Numbered from the stretch's first letter, positions 9,341-17,976 are shown. The stretch: 64,000 bases of DNA from an uncultured Anaerolinea sp. (GCA_964489725.1 CAZBAX010000005.1:31935-95934); one strand, 5' to 3'. The notes: generated by a model from the sequence alone, not told the origin. Numbers and translations are program-made.

Positions 9341-9895
9341 GTGAAAGCAAGGCTCTATATGCTTGTTACAGCATTCTTTGTTGTCAGCATCGGTGCATAC
9401 TCTTTACCCATCATCATCAGTCGAATACTATATCCCGTCGCGGACAACGCGGAACTCGTGATTCCCGATACAGGCGGAATGACGCTTACGAGCAGCCCGA
9501 CGCTCACGTCTACTCTCACCCCAACCGTTACACGTACTCCCACGCCGACATCGACGTTCACGCCTTCGACGACCCCCACGCGCACGCCCAGCCGCACCGC
9601 TACAGCAACCAGGACCGCGACCGCAACGGCCACACCGTCACGGACGCTGATCCCACCCACAGCGACCCGCCCGCCCAGAGAAGACCAGACAGCGGTTCCG
9701 TCCCCGCTGCCTACTCGCACGAATCCACCTGCTACAAACACGGATGTGCCGCCGACAGAACCTCCACCAACTGATCCGCCGCCAACCGACCCGCCGCCAA
9801 CCGATCCGCCGCCAACCGATCCGCCGCCAACCGACCCACCGCCAACCGACCCACCGCCAACCGACCCACCGCCAACGGATCCGCCTCCGGCGTAG
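9341..9895 (+). CDS. N-terminally membrane-anchored Pro/Thr-rich low-complexity protein (paralog 2) with a (PPPTD)x8 tail
   Basis: GTG start with an upstream sequence similar to paralog 1. One TM (LYMLVTAFFVVSIGAYSLPII), a PT-rich body and a C-terminal tandem repeat. Confidence 0.7.
   Translation: MKARLYMLVTAFFVVSIGAYSLPIIISRILYPVADNAELVIPDTGGMTLTSSPTLTSTLTPTVTRTPTPTSTFTPSTTPTRTPSRTATATRTATATATPSRTLIPPTATRPPREDQTAVPSPLPTRTNPPATNTDVPPTEPPPTDPPPTDPPPTDPPPTDPPPTDPPPTDPPPTDPPPTDPPPA
9761..9880 (+). repeat. Eight tandem 15-nt units (ccgccgccaaccgay) encoding PPPTD
   Basis: Direct reading: unit boundaries at 9761, 9776, 9791 and so on up to 9866. The units are in frame with the CDS and differ only at synonymous positions. 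Confidence 0.9.
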
Positions 9896-10053
9896 GAGGC
9901 TCTTGCATTTCAAGTGCTTCCGCCGATATTGTGATTGGTCTTGTATTCACGTTACTCGCGGTGTATCAACCTAGCGACAAAACCGTCACGAATCAAAGTT
10001 ATTGAGTACAATTAATCGTACTCGAAACACCGAACTTAGACGTACGGAGATGA

Positions 10054-10695
10054 ATGATGCATCTCCATGAGAGGATCCGCGGCAACATGAGAGTGAGGGA
10101 GCTGGCTGTCCCATTGCAGGCATTATTGGCGGTGCTGACCTGTATCAGCCTGATGTGGATGGTTTACACGATGGCGTTCTTCGATCCCAACCCACCGACC
10201 GCGGCCGAGGTCCATTCGTTGGAGACACAGGACCCGGAGATGCTTGTGTATAAGACAGCCGCAGCCATGACTGTCGATGCTCTCCTGTTTGGCCCTACAC
10301 AGATCCTTCTGCCAGTTACGGGTCCTAGTTTGACAGCCACGCCCATGGGTACCGCAACACGTACTCTGCTTTCGACGCTTGTCGCCATGCCTACGAGCAC
10401 GGGAACTGCCACCCGCCGACCTGTGTTGACCCCTACAGACACAGACCGAGATCGTGAGAATCCAGGCCTGCCGCCTGCGACGTTAACGCCACGACCCACC
10501 TTCACATCAACCGATGCACCGACGATCGCGCCGCCGCCAACAGCTACAGCTACCGAGCCGCCGACGGCCGAACCGTCTGCTACAGATGAACCTACTGCCA
10601 CTCAGCCGCCAGCGACCGAACCACCGACGGAACCGCCTACGGAACCGCCGACCGAGCCGCCAGCCGATCCAACGTCCACTGTACCTGCACCGTAA
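10054..10695 (+). CDS. Membrane-anchored Pro/Thr-rich protein (third member, divergent) with an (EPPT)x4 tail
   Basis: GGAGA lies upstream of the ATG. One TM (LLAVLTCISLMWMVYTMAFF), a PT-rich body and 12-nt tandem units at 10618-10665. Confidence 0.6.
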   Translation: MMHLHERIRGNMRVRELAVPLQALLAVLTCISLMWMVYTMAFFDPNPPTAAEVHSLETQDPEMLVYKTAAAMTVDALLFGPTQILLPVTGPSLTATPMGTATRTLLSTLVAMPTSTGTATRRPVLTPTDTDRDRENPGLPPATLTPRPTFTSTDAPTIAPPPTATATEPPTAEPSATDEPTATQPPATEPPTEPPTEPPTEPPADPTSTVPAP

Positions 10696-10696
10696 G

Positions 10697-10705
10697 TGAT
10701 AAAAT
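10697..10705 (+). promoter_or_regulatory. Extended -10 (TGATAAAAT) 6 nt upstream of the response-regulator ATG
   Basis: tgataaaat at 10697-10705, then ctacct, then ATG at 10712. No SD. Confidence 0.5.
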
Positions 10706-10711
10706 CTACCT

Positions 10712-11341
10712 ATGGAAAAAAATACCGGGCCTCTGCTTGTTGTCGAAGACAATACCGATATCCTCAACCTGCTAGACACCACCCTCACGTTCAAGGGGTA
10801 TCGCGTGGTCACTGCGCGCAATGGGAACGAAGCGCTCGCGGCCATTGAAAAGGAACGTCCGATTGTGATTGTCACAGATATCCTGATGCCGCAAATGGAT
10901 GGCTTCAGCCTCGTCCATCATCTGCGAATCAACCCGAACACGCGCGACATTCCGATCATTTTTCTTTCCGCTACCTATGTCACGCCAGAGGATAAATCGT
11001 TCGCCATGACTCTGGGTGTGATCCAGTTCATCGAGAAACCCGTAAACTTCGAAGAGTTCCTGCCGGCTCTTGAGAAACTGGTCGGGATGGATTTCAAGTC
11101 CACACAAACGCCCCTCGATGAGGTGCAATTCTACAACGAGTACCGTAAACGGCTCGAAACCAAGCTGATCCAGAAGAACACCCAGATCACCCGCGCAGAA
11201 CGGCTCATGGATACCCTGCCTGAGGAGGAGAAGCCAGCCTTTCAGATCTCCCTGCATCAATCCATCAATGAACGTCAGGAGATCCAACACCTCCTCGATC
11301 AGATCCATGCGCTCATGGATAATCAGGAGAAGGACAACTAA
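10712..11341 (+). CDS. Response regulator: CheY-like receiver plus C-terminal coiled-coil, no DNA-binding domain
   Basis: LLVVEDNTDILNLL...IVTDILMPQMDG receiver motifs. The C-terminal ~90 aa is helical and charged. Confidence 0.85.
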   Translation: MEKNTGPLLVVEDNTDILNLLDTTLTFKGYRVVTARNGNEALAAIEKERPIVIVTDILMPQMDGFSLVHHLRINPNTRDIPIIFLSATYVTPEDKSFAMTLGVIQFIEKPVNFEEFLPALEKLVGMDFKSTQTPLDEVQFYNEYRKRLETKLIQKNTQITRAERLMDTLPEEEKPAFQISLHQSINERQEIQHLLDQIHALMDNQEKDN

Positions 11342-11430
11342 ATTCTGGACCTGCCCAATAACGGATTGAACTATGTCACCCTGCATGAATGGATGGGTGA
11401 CATTTTATATTCTGTCGTGGAGATTCATTC

Positions 11431-12399
11431 ATGAGATATTTTGTTACAGGCGCGACTGGTTTTCTTGGCAATGTGCTGGCGCGACAATTGCGCCAGGCCG
11501 GCCATGAAGTCCATGCGATGGTGAGAGAGCTTCGCAAAGGCGGCGAGCTGCAAAGCCTGGGTGTGCGGCTATTCAAAGGCGACATCACCGAAAAAGAATC
11601 CATGCGCGAGGGGATGCAGGGCGTAGATGGTTTGTTCCACGTCGCGGGTTGGTATAAGATCGGCGCACACGATAAGAGCGACGGCGAGAGGGTCAACATA
11701 CAGGGCACGCGTAATGTGCTGGAGTTGATGCAGGAATTGCGCATCTTGAAGGGAGTCTATACCAGCACGTTAGCAGTCAATTCTGATACACATGGCGAAC
11801 TCAAAGATGAAAAATATCGCTTTACTGGAAAGCACATCACTGAATACGATCGCACCAAAGCTGTAGCGCATGAGATCGCTCAGGAATTCATCATGGATGG
11901 TTTACCGCTGATCATCGTGATGCCGGGTGGCATCTATGGTCCCGGCGATACCTCCGTGCTGCGGACCACGTTGATCCAATTTCTACAGGGCAAGCTGCCA
12001 ATGCTTCCAACGACAGCCGGCTTCTGCTGGGGCCATGTGGAGGACACCGCGCATGGCCATATTCTGGCGATGGAAAAAGGTGCGATCGGCGAAAGCTATA
12101 TCATCGCCGGAGAACCGCATACGTACCAGGATGCCTTCACGTTGGCGAGTCACATTACAGGCAGGCCGGCGCCGAACTTTGTGTCGTATCGCATCTTCAA
12201 AACGGTGGCTATGTTGGTCAAACCCTTCGATGCTTTTCTACCTGAAACGTACACCTCAGAGACAATGCGGGTGCTTTCGGGCGTCACCTACTGGGGAGAT
12301 AACAGCAAAGCAAAACGCTTCCTGGGATATACCCCGCGTCCGCTCACAGAAGGACTGGAGTCGACGCTCAGGCACGAGATGTCTCTGCTGGGAATGTGA
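11431..12399 (+). CDS. NAD(P)-dependent epimerase/dehydratase family (extended SDR) oxidoreductase
   Basis: N-terminal Rossmann motif VTGATGFLGNVLARQL. GGAG lies 8 nt upstream. Confidence 0.85.
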   Translation: MRYFVTGATGFLGNVLARQLRQAGHEVHAMVRELRKGGELQSLGVRLFKGDITEKESMREGMQGVDGLFHVAGWYKIGAHDKSDGERVNIQGTRNVLELMQELRILKGVYTSTLAVNSDTHGELKDEKYRFTGKHITEYDRTKAVAHEIAQEFIMDGLPLIIVMPGGIYGPGDTSVLRTTLIQFLQGKLPMLPTTAGFCWGHVEDTAHGHILAMEKGAIGESYIIAGEPHTYQDAFTLASHITGRPAPNFVSYRIFKTVAMLVKPFDAFLPETYTSETMRVLSGVTYWGDNSKAKRFLGYTPRPLTEGLESTLRHEMSLLGM

Positions 12400-12518
12400 A
12401 CCTGGCTGATTCCAAGGGGTGCTGCATAGCTGTGTGAAAGCCGCGTGCACTTTGAAAAGGGATTGTTCAGCATCGTAAGTGGGTTACACTTTCCTGCAAT
12501 ACGGCAAATATTCCTATC

Positions 12519-12547
12519 TTGACTTTTTTACTCGAAATGCATAAAAT
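12519..12547 (+). promoter_or_regulatory. Near-consensus sigma70-type promoter TTGACT-17-TAAAAT for the GntR gene
   Basis: ttgact 12519-12524, a 17-nt spacer, taaaat 12542-12547. The ATG is at 12572. Confidence 0.6.
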
Positions 12548-12571
12548 TGATTTATCGGATTAATCATATTT

Positions 12572-13243
12572 ATGCTGAGAGATCGTCTTTCCCCTGAAAT
12601 CTCCGAATTCATGCGGTATCTGGCGACCAGTACCGAGGTCGATCACGGATTGCCCTCGCTTAAGGACTTGAGCGACCAGCTTGGGTTGAGCCTGGCTTCA
12701 TTGCGCGAACAGCTCGAAGTGGCGCGGGCCCTCGGTTTAGTGGAGGTCCGCCCGCGGCTGGGGACGAGGCGGCGGGAGTATACGTTCGCGCCTGCAGTAC
12801 GGCAAAGCCTGCAATACGCGTTGGCGCTCAACGATGAGCACTTCCGCAAGTATTCCGAACTGCGAAATCACGTCGAAGCCGCGTTCTGGTATGAGGCCGT
12901 GGAGAAACTGACCGATACCGACAAAGCCGAATTGCAGGCACTGGTGGCGCGCGCCTGGGAGAAGCTGCGCGGCGTGCAAATTCAGGTGCCGCATGAGGAA
13001 CATCGTGCACTGCACTTATCGATCTATCGCCGCCTGGAAAATCCATTTGTTACGGGCATTCTCGAAGCGTACTGGGATGCGTACGAAACCGTCGGTCTGA
13101 ATGTGTTCGCCGGTGGATACGAGTATTTGCAGGAAGTCTGGCGCTATCATGAGAAGATGGTCGCCTCGATTTGCAGTGGAGATTACAAGGCCGGTCACGA
13201 GGCGCTGACAGCTCACACCGACCTTTTGTATCATCGATCATAA
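12572..13243 (+). CDS. GntR-family transcriptional regulator with an FCD (FadR C-terminal) domain
   Basis: wHTH segment LPSLKDLSDQLGLSLASLREQLEVARALGLVEVRPRLGTRR. The C-terminal half is helical. Confidence 0.85.
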   Translation: MLRDRLSPEISEFMRYLATSTEVDHGLPSLKDLSDQLGLSLASLREQLEVARALGLVEVRPRLGTRRREYTFAPAVRQSLQYALALNDEHFRKYSELRNHVEAAFWYEAVEKLTDTDKAELQALVARAWEKLRGVQIQVPHEEHRALHLSIYRRLENPFVTGILEAYWDAYETVGLNVFAGGYEYLQEVWRYHEKMVASICSGDYKAGHEALTAHTDLLYHRS

Positions 13244-13253
13244 ATAGATTTCC

Positions 13254-13339
13254 CCGTCATTGCGAGCGGAGCGAAGCAATCCCGTTGAACGTGAGATTGC
13301 TTCGTCGTGGCGCACAGGCGCTACTCCTCGCAATGACGG
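13254..13339. repeat. Family-A nested-palindrome element, copy A1
   Basis: Outer arms ccgtcattgcgag / ctcgcaatgacgg; inner arms cgaagcaatc / gattgcttcg. Sits between the GntR gene and korA. Confidence 0.8.
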
Positions 13340-13362
13340 AAAAGCTAACAACGAGGAGCAAC

Positions 13363-15240
13363 ATGAACAAAGTAGTGAATGATTTTTCGATCACGGTGGG
13401 TACCAAGAACGGCTCGGGCAGTTCAACCGCCAACAACACCATACTGCGGGCCATCTTCAAGATGGGCATTCCGGTGTCTGGCAAGAATTTGTTCCCATCC
13501 AACATCCAGGGCCTGCCCACGTGGTACACGATCCGTGCCAATAAGAATGGATTCATCGCGCGGCGCGAAGAGCAGGAGATCGTCGTGGCGATGAACCCCG
13601 ATTCGTTCGCGCGTGACCTGGCGTCGGTCGCGCCGGGCGGGGCGTTTTTCTACTCTGACGATATCAAGCAGCCGATCACGCGCGTCGATATTGCGATCTA
13701 TCCCATGCCGGTCAAGCAGCTCGTGCGCAGCGACCCAAACGTCCCTGCTGACTATCGCGATCTCGTGGGGAACATGGTGTACGTGGGTGTGCTGGCGCAG
13801 ATGATCGGACTCGACCTCGAGACGATCCGGGCCGCATTGGAGTTTCATTTCAAAGGGAAACAGAAGCCCATCGACATGAACTTTAATACTGTCAAGGCAG
13901 GCGCTGAATGGGCCAAGGCGAACCTTGAGAAGAAGGACAATTTCCATCTTGAGCCGATGGACAAGACCAATGGATTGATCATGGCAGATGGTAACACAGC
14001 CGCGGCGATCGGTTCGGTGTTCGGTGGCGTGCAGTTCGCGGCGTGGTATCCGATCACGCCCGCCTCCTCGCTGGCAGAGGCCTTGAACGATTATCTGCCC
14101 ACATTGCGCAAGCGTGAAGATGGCAGGCGTACCTATGCTGTTGTGCAGGCCGAAGATGAACTTGCGGCGCTGGGCATGGCCATCGGTGCGGGCTGGAGCG
14201 GTCTGCGGGCGATGACGTCTACCTCAGGCCCGGGGTTGAGCTTGATGACCGAGTTTGCCGGGCTGGCATACTATGCTGAAGTGCCGGTTGTGATCTGGGA
14301 TGTACAGCGTATTGGTCCATCCACCGGATTGCCGACCCGCACATCACAAGGTGACTTGAGCTTCACCTATTTCATCGGTCACGGTGACTCTGAATCGGTG
14401 ATCCTGCTGCCAGGTGATGTGGCCGAATGCTTTGAATTCGGCTGGAAGGCGTTCGACGTCGCCGAGCGCATCCAGACTCCCGTCTTTGTGCTAAGCGACC
14501 TCGACATGGGCATGAACCAGTGGATGAGCAAGCCCTTCGAATATCCCGACGTTCCCATGGATCGCGGTAAGGTGCTCTGGGAAAAGGATCTCGAAGAATT
14601 GAAAGGGAACTGGGGCCGCTATCTCGATAAGGATGGCGACGGCGTTCCGTACCGCACCGTTCCGGGCAACAATCACACACTTAGCTCATACTTTACGCGC
14701 GGCACCGGTCACGACGAGAATGCACGCTACACCGAAGACTCAAACGTGTTTCTCAAGAACATGGACCGTCTGAAGAAGAAGCATGATACGGCGCGCAAAT
14801 ATGTCCCTGCTCCTGTAGTCCATACGACAGCGGGTGCAACGGTCGGTATTATCGGTTATGGATCTACAGAAGCTGCGATTCTGGAAGCGATGCAGCAACT
14901 GGATACAGAGCATGGCATCAAAGCCGATTTCCTGCGGATCCGTGCGTTACCCTGTACGCAGGAAGTGACCGACTTCGTCAATACGTATGACCAGGTCTTT
15001 GTGGTCGAGATGAACCGCGATGGACAGTTGAACCAGATCCTGACGATCGAATATCCACAGAGGGCGCCTTACTTCAAGTCTGTCGCGTATGGCGATGGTA
15101 TGCCGGCTTCTGCAAAATGGGTGCGTGAGGGCATTCTGGCGAAGTATGCGATCCCAGCCAAGGTGAATGGGAATGGCAAACGTCCGGCTGCGGCCAAATC
15201 CACGGCGACCCGGGCCAAATCTGCGAACAGGAATAAGTAA
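13363..15240 (+). CDS. korA: 2-oxoacid:ferredoxin (acceptor) oxidoreductase, alpha subunit (fused gamma-alpha type)
   Basis: N-terminus FSITVGTKNGSGSSTANNTILRA (gamma-like), then a PFOR-type alpha core. AGGAG at 13354-13358. The track ORF 5' extension crosses repeat A1 and is rejected. Confidence 0.9.
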   Translation: MNKVVNDFSITVGTKNGSGSSTANNTILRAIFKMGIPVSGKNLFPSNIQGLPTWYTIRANKNGFIARREEQEIVVAMNPDSFARDLASVAPGGAFFYSDDIKQPITRVDIAIYPMPVKQLVRSDPNVPADYRDLVGNMVYVGVLAQMIGLDLETIRAALEFHFKGKQKPIDMNFNTVKAGAEWAKANLEKKDNFHLEPMDKTNGLIMADGNTAAAIGSVFGGVQFAAWYPITPASSLAEALNDYLPTLRKREDGRRTYAVVQAEDELAALGMAIGAGWSGLRAMTSTSGPGLSLMTEFAGLAYYAEVPVVIWDVQRIGPSTGLPTRTSQGDLSFTYFIGHGDSESVILLPGDVAECFEFGWKAFDVAERIQTPVFVLSDLDMGMNQWMSKPFEYPDVPMDRGKVLWEKDLEELKGNWGRYLDKDGDGVPYRTVPGNNHTLSSYFTRGTGHDENARYTEDSNVFLKNMDRLKKKHDTARKYVPAPVVHTTAGATVGIIGYGSTEAAILEAMQQLDTEHGIKADFLRIRALPCTQEVTDFVNTYDQVFVVEMNRDGQLNQILTIEYPQRAPYFKSVAYGDGMPASAKWVREGILAKYAIPAKVNGNGKRPAAAKSTATRAKSANRNK

Positions 15241-15259
15241 GAGCGAGAGGAACAATCAC

Positions 15260-16321
15260 ATGACACAACCACTTCCCATGGCTGGCACGCCCGGCAATGC
15301 AAACGTGAATCTTGCCGGCCTTACAAAAAATGAATACCGCGGCAACCCGACCACGCTGTGCCAGGGCTGCGGACATAATTCGATCTCGAACCAGATCATC
15401 AGCGCGATGTATGAGTTAAACGTCGTGCCCGAACGGGTGATCAAGTTTAGTGGGATCGGCTGTTCGAGCAAAAGTCCCACATATTTCCTGAACCGCTCGT
15501 TCGGGTTCAACAGTCTGCATGGACGAATGCCATCCATCGCCACCGGCGCGCTGTTCGGCGATCATACCCTGAAAGGTGTGGGCGTGTCTGGCGATGGCGA
15601 TTCTGCCAGCATCGGTATGGGACAGTTCAAGCACGTCATGCGCCGCAATGTCAACATGGTCTACATCGTCGAAAACAACGGCGTTTATGGTCTTACCAAA
15701 GGTCAGTTTTCCGCGACGGCCGAGAAGGGATTGAGCCTCAAGAAGCAGGGCGCGAATCAGTATATGCCGGTCGATATCTGTATGGAAGCGCTCACGTCGA
15801 ATGCTACGTTCATTGCCCGTTCATTTGCAGGTGACCCGAAGCAGGTGAAGGAATTGTTGAAGGCCGCGATGGCTCATAAGGGCATTGCCGTGCTCGACAT
15901 CATCAGCCCGTGTGTGACGTTCAACAATGAGGACGTTGCCTATCACTCGTATGCCTGGGGTAAGGACCACGAACAGCCGCTGCACGATATTACCTATGTG
16001 GCGCCGCGCAATGAGATCATTCTCGAAGAAGAAATGAATCAAGGCGAGATCCGTGAAGTGTCGATGCACGATGGTTCGGTAGTGGTCCTGAAAAAACTGG
16101 AGAAGGAATACGACCCCACGAATCGCTTCGAAGCAATGCGCGTCCTGGCTGAGTCGCATCAGAATAATTGGTTGACCACTGGGTTGATCTATATTGAGAC
16201 CGATAAGCCGTCCCTGACCGAAGTATACAATCTAGTGGAGACGCCGCTCAACCGTCTCACCGAAGCGGACCTGAGGCCGGCTCCCGCTATGATCGACAAG
16301 ATCAACGCTTTGATGTTTTAG
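15260..16321 (+). CDS. korB: 2-oxoacid:ferredoxin oxidoreductase, beta (TPP-binding) subunit
   Basis: CQGCGHNSI and GDGDSASIGMGQF TPP-binding motifs. Start at ATG 15260 after GAGAGG. Confidence 0.9.
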   Translation: MTQPLPMAGTPGNANVNLAGLTKNEYRGNPTTLCQGCGHNSISNQIISAMYELNVVPERVIKFSGIGCSSKSPTYFLNRSFGFNSLHGRMPSIATGALFGDHTLKGVGVSGDGDSASIGMGQFKHVMRRNVNMVYIVENNGVYGLTKGQFSATAEKGLSLKKQGANQYMPVDICMEALTSNATFIARSFAGDPKQVKELLKAAMAHKGIAVLDIISPCVTFNNEDVAYHSYAWGKDHEQPLHDITYVAPRNEIILEEEMNQGEIREVSMHDGSVVVLKKLEKEYDPTNRFEAMRVLAESHQNNWLTTGLIYIETDKPSLTEVYNLVETPLNRLTEADLRPAPAMIDKINALMF

Positions 16322-16344
16322 ACGGGGATTCTCCCTCACCCCTG

Positions 16345-16376
16345 CCCCTCTCCCAGCGGGAGAGGGGTTTTGTTTT
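16345..16376 (+). terminator. Rho-independent terminator after korB
   Basis: 10-bp stem cccctctccc / gggagagggg with a 3-nt loop, followed by ttttgtttt. Confidence 0.8.
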
Positions 16377-16381
16377 GTGAG

Positions 16382-16387
16382 TATACT
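16382..16387 (+). promoter_or_regulatory. -10 hexamer TATACT 6 nt upstream of the arfB ATG
   Basis: tatact, then taattc, then ATG at 16394. No SD. Confidence 0.45.
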
Positions 16388-16393
16388 TAATTC

Positions 16394-16807
16394 ATGATCC
16401 AGATCACGCCAACTTTTTCGATCGAGGAAAGCGAATTGCAGTTCGCTTTTGTGCGCTCGTCGGGGCCCGGCGGGCAGAACGTGAACAAGGTGGCGACGGC
16501 CGTGCAATTGCGCTTTGATGTAATTCACTCTTCCTTGCCGAATGAGGTGAAGGAGAGACTTGCACATCTCGCCGGGAATAAGATCACAGGCGAAGGTGAG
16601 CTGTTGATCGAGGCGAAGAAGTTCCGCACACAGGAACAGAATCGGGAAGATGCGGTCAAGCGCCTTGTGGAGTTGCTCCAGCGTGCGTTCAAAAGACCCA
16701 GGACGCGCCATAAGACCAGGCCCACCGCCGCTTCCAAAGAAAAACGATTACAGGCAAAGAAACAGCGCGGCGAGGTGAAGAAGCTGCGGCAGAGTAAGGA
16801 GTGGTAG
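16394..16807 (+). CDS. arfB: Alternative ribosome-rescue factor ArfB (peptidyl-tRNA hydrolase, YaeJ family)
   Basis: GGQ motif context SSGPGGQNVNKVATAVQLRFD and a basic C-terminal tail. Confidence 0.9.
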   Translation: MIQITPTFSIEESELQFAFVRSSGPGGQNVNKVATAVQLRFDVIHSSLPNEVKERLAHLAGNKITGEGELLIEAKKFRTQEQNREDAVKRLVELLQRAFKRPRTRHKTRPTAASKEKRLQAKKQRGEVKKLRQSKEW

Positions 16808-16808
16808 T

Positions 16809-16935
16809 GAGGAGGGGGAGAGTAAAAGGTAAGAAGTGAAAAGTAGAAAGCGGAAAGTCCCGCGAAGCGTCCCCGCTGGAGCGGGATCTGCGAGATGGTG
16901 CCGAAGGTGCTCATAGAAAGTGAGAAGTAGAATTT
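16809..16935 (-). repeat. Family-D element (polypurine on + strand), copy D1
   Basis: The reverse complement aligns over ~120 nt with 44030-44150 (ttctacttct..atgagcRcctt.ggcRccatctcg.agatcccgc..gggactttcc..pyrimidine tract..ccctcc). Confidence 0.7.
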
Positions 16936-17031
16936 AGATCGCGGGCGGTAGAGGAGGTTTTACTCTTAAGATTGCAGGGAACGGATAATTGCATGGGTTT
17001 ATACACGTGGGCTACCCAGCAGGTTCACAGT

Positions 17032-17037
17032 TATAAT
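17032..17037 (+). promoter_or_regulatory. -10 hexamer TATAAT 9 nt upstream of the EamA-transporter ATG
   Basis: tataat, then cgtcgcctt, then ATG at 17047. No SD. Confidence 0.4.
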
Positions 17038-17046
17038 CGTCGCCTT

Positions 17047-17916
17047 ATGAACAAAACCATCATCGGACTTCTCTGTGGGCTTGGGGCCGCAAGCATTTGG
17101 GGTGGAATGTATGTTGTGAGCAAGGTCGTTTTAGAAATCATTCCACCGTTTGCTTTGGTCACGTTGCGTTTAATTCTGGGCATCCTTACGTTGGCCGTGA
17201 TTCTCCTATTGAGCGGGTTTCCACGAATAACACAGATCGAGTTCCTCCAAATTCTGGGCGTGGGGTTCGTTGGTTATGGCGTATCGTTGAGCCTGCAATT
17301 TCTCGGGACGAAATTATCCACCGCGGCGAACGGATCACTTGTCACGTCCGCGACGCCCGCATTCGTACTGATCTTTGCCTGGCTGCTGCTGCATGAACGG
17401 ATCACGGTCCGCAGGCTGATGGCGCTGTTTCTGGCCACGCTTGGCGTGATCGCCGTCATCGACCCTCGTACGGCGCAACTGGACCCCGAATTGTTTCTCG
17501 GCAATTTGTTCCTGATCGGCGCGGCGGTCACGTGGGCGCTATATTCTGTGCTGGTGCGCAAGGTGACACAGAATATCGACGTGCTTCTGTTCAGTTTTGT
17601 GGCGTTCATCGGCGGTCTGCCTGTGACACTGCCTGCAGGCGCGTGGGAGTGGTCCACGGTTGGGGTGGGGGCGATCACTCCCGGCGTCGTGGGAGGCGTC
17701 CTTTTTCTTGGCGTCATCTCCACAGCCCTGGCAATGGTCCTGTGGAATACGGCGTTCGCATATCTGGATGCGAGTCTGGCGTCACTTACATTTTTTGCGC
17801 AACCGGTGGTGGGGAGCTTGTTGGGCTGGTTATTCCTGGGAGAAACGATCACGCCATTGTTCCTGTTGGGTGGGGTCTTCATCGGCGTTGGATTGATCGT
17901 TTCGAGCCGTGAATGA
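17047..17916 (+). CDS. EamA/DMT-family transporter (10 TM)
   Basis: Two EamA-like halves of hydrophobic helices. Start at MNKTIIGLLCGL. Confidence 0.8.
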   Translation: MNKTIIGLLCGLGAASIWGGMYVVSKVVLEIIPPFALVTLRLILGILTLAVILLLSGFPRITQIEFLQILGVGFVGYGVSLSLQFLGTKLSTAANGSLVTSATPAFVLIFAWLLLHERITVRRLMALFLATLGVIAVIDPRTAQLDPELFLGNLFLIGAAVTWALYSVLVRKVTQNIDVLLFSFVAFIGGLPVTLPAGAWEWSTVGVGAITPGVVGGVLFLGVISTALAMVLWNTAFAYLDASLASLTFFAQPVVGSLLGWLFLGETITPLFLLGGVFIGVGLIVSSRE

Positions 17917-17976
17917 ATTCCCGCCAGGGTGTAACCAATATTAATAATTCAACAATCAAAAAATAACCCATATTTG

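Noticed and set aside
9761-9880. Regularly spaced direct repeats that could be mistaken for a CRISPR array.
   Set aside because: The units are contiguous 15-mers with no spacers. They are in frame inside a CDS and encode PPPTD. No cas genes are present.
13171-13362. N-terminal extension of korA in the ORF track. Analogous extensions exist for 4907-5257, 6376-6486, 26611-26733, 33050-33130, 35033-35161, 38972-39007, 43890-44015 and 55420-55464.
   Set aside because: The extensions run through repeat elements, promoters or the preceding gene. Internal ATGs with an SD or -10 box give N-termini that match the protein families.
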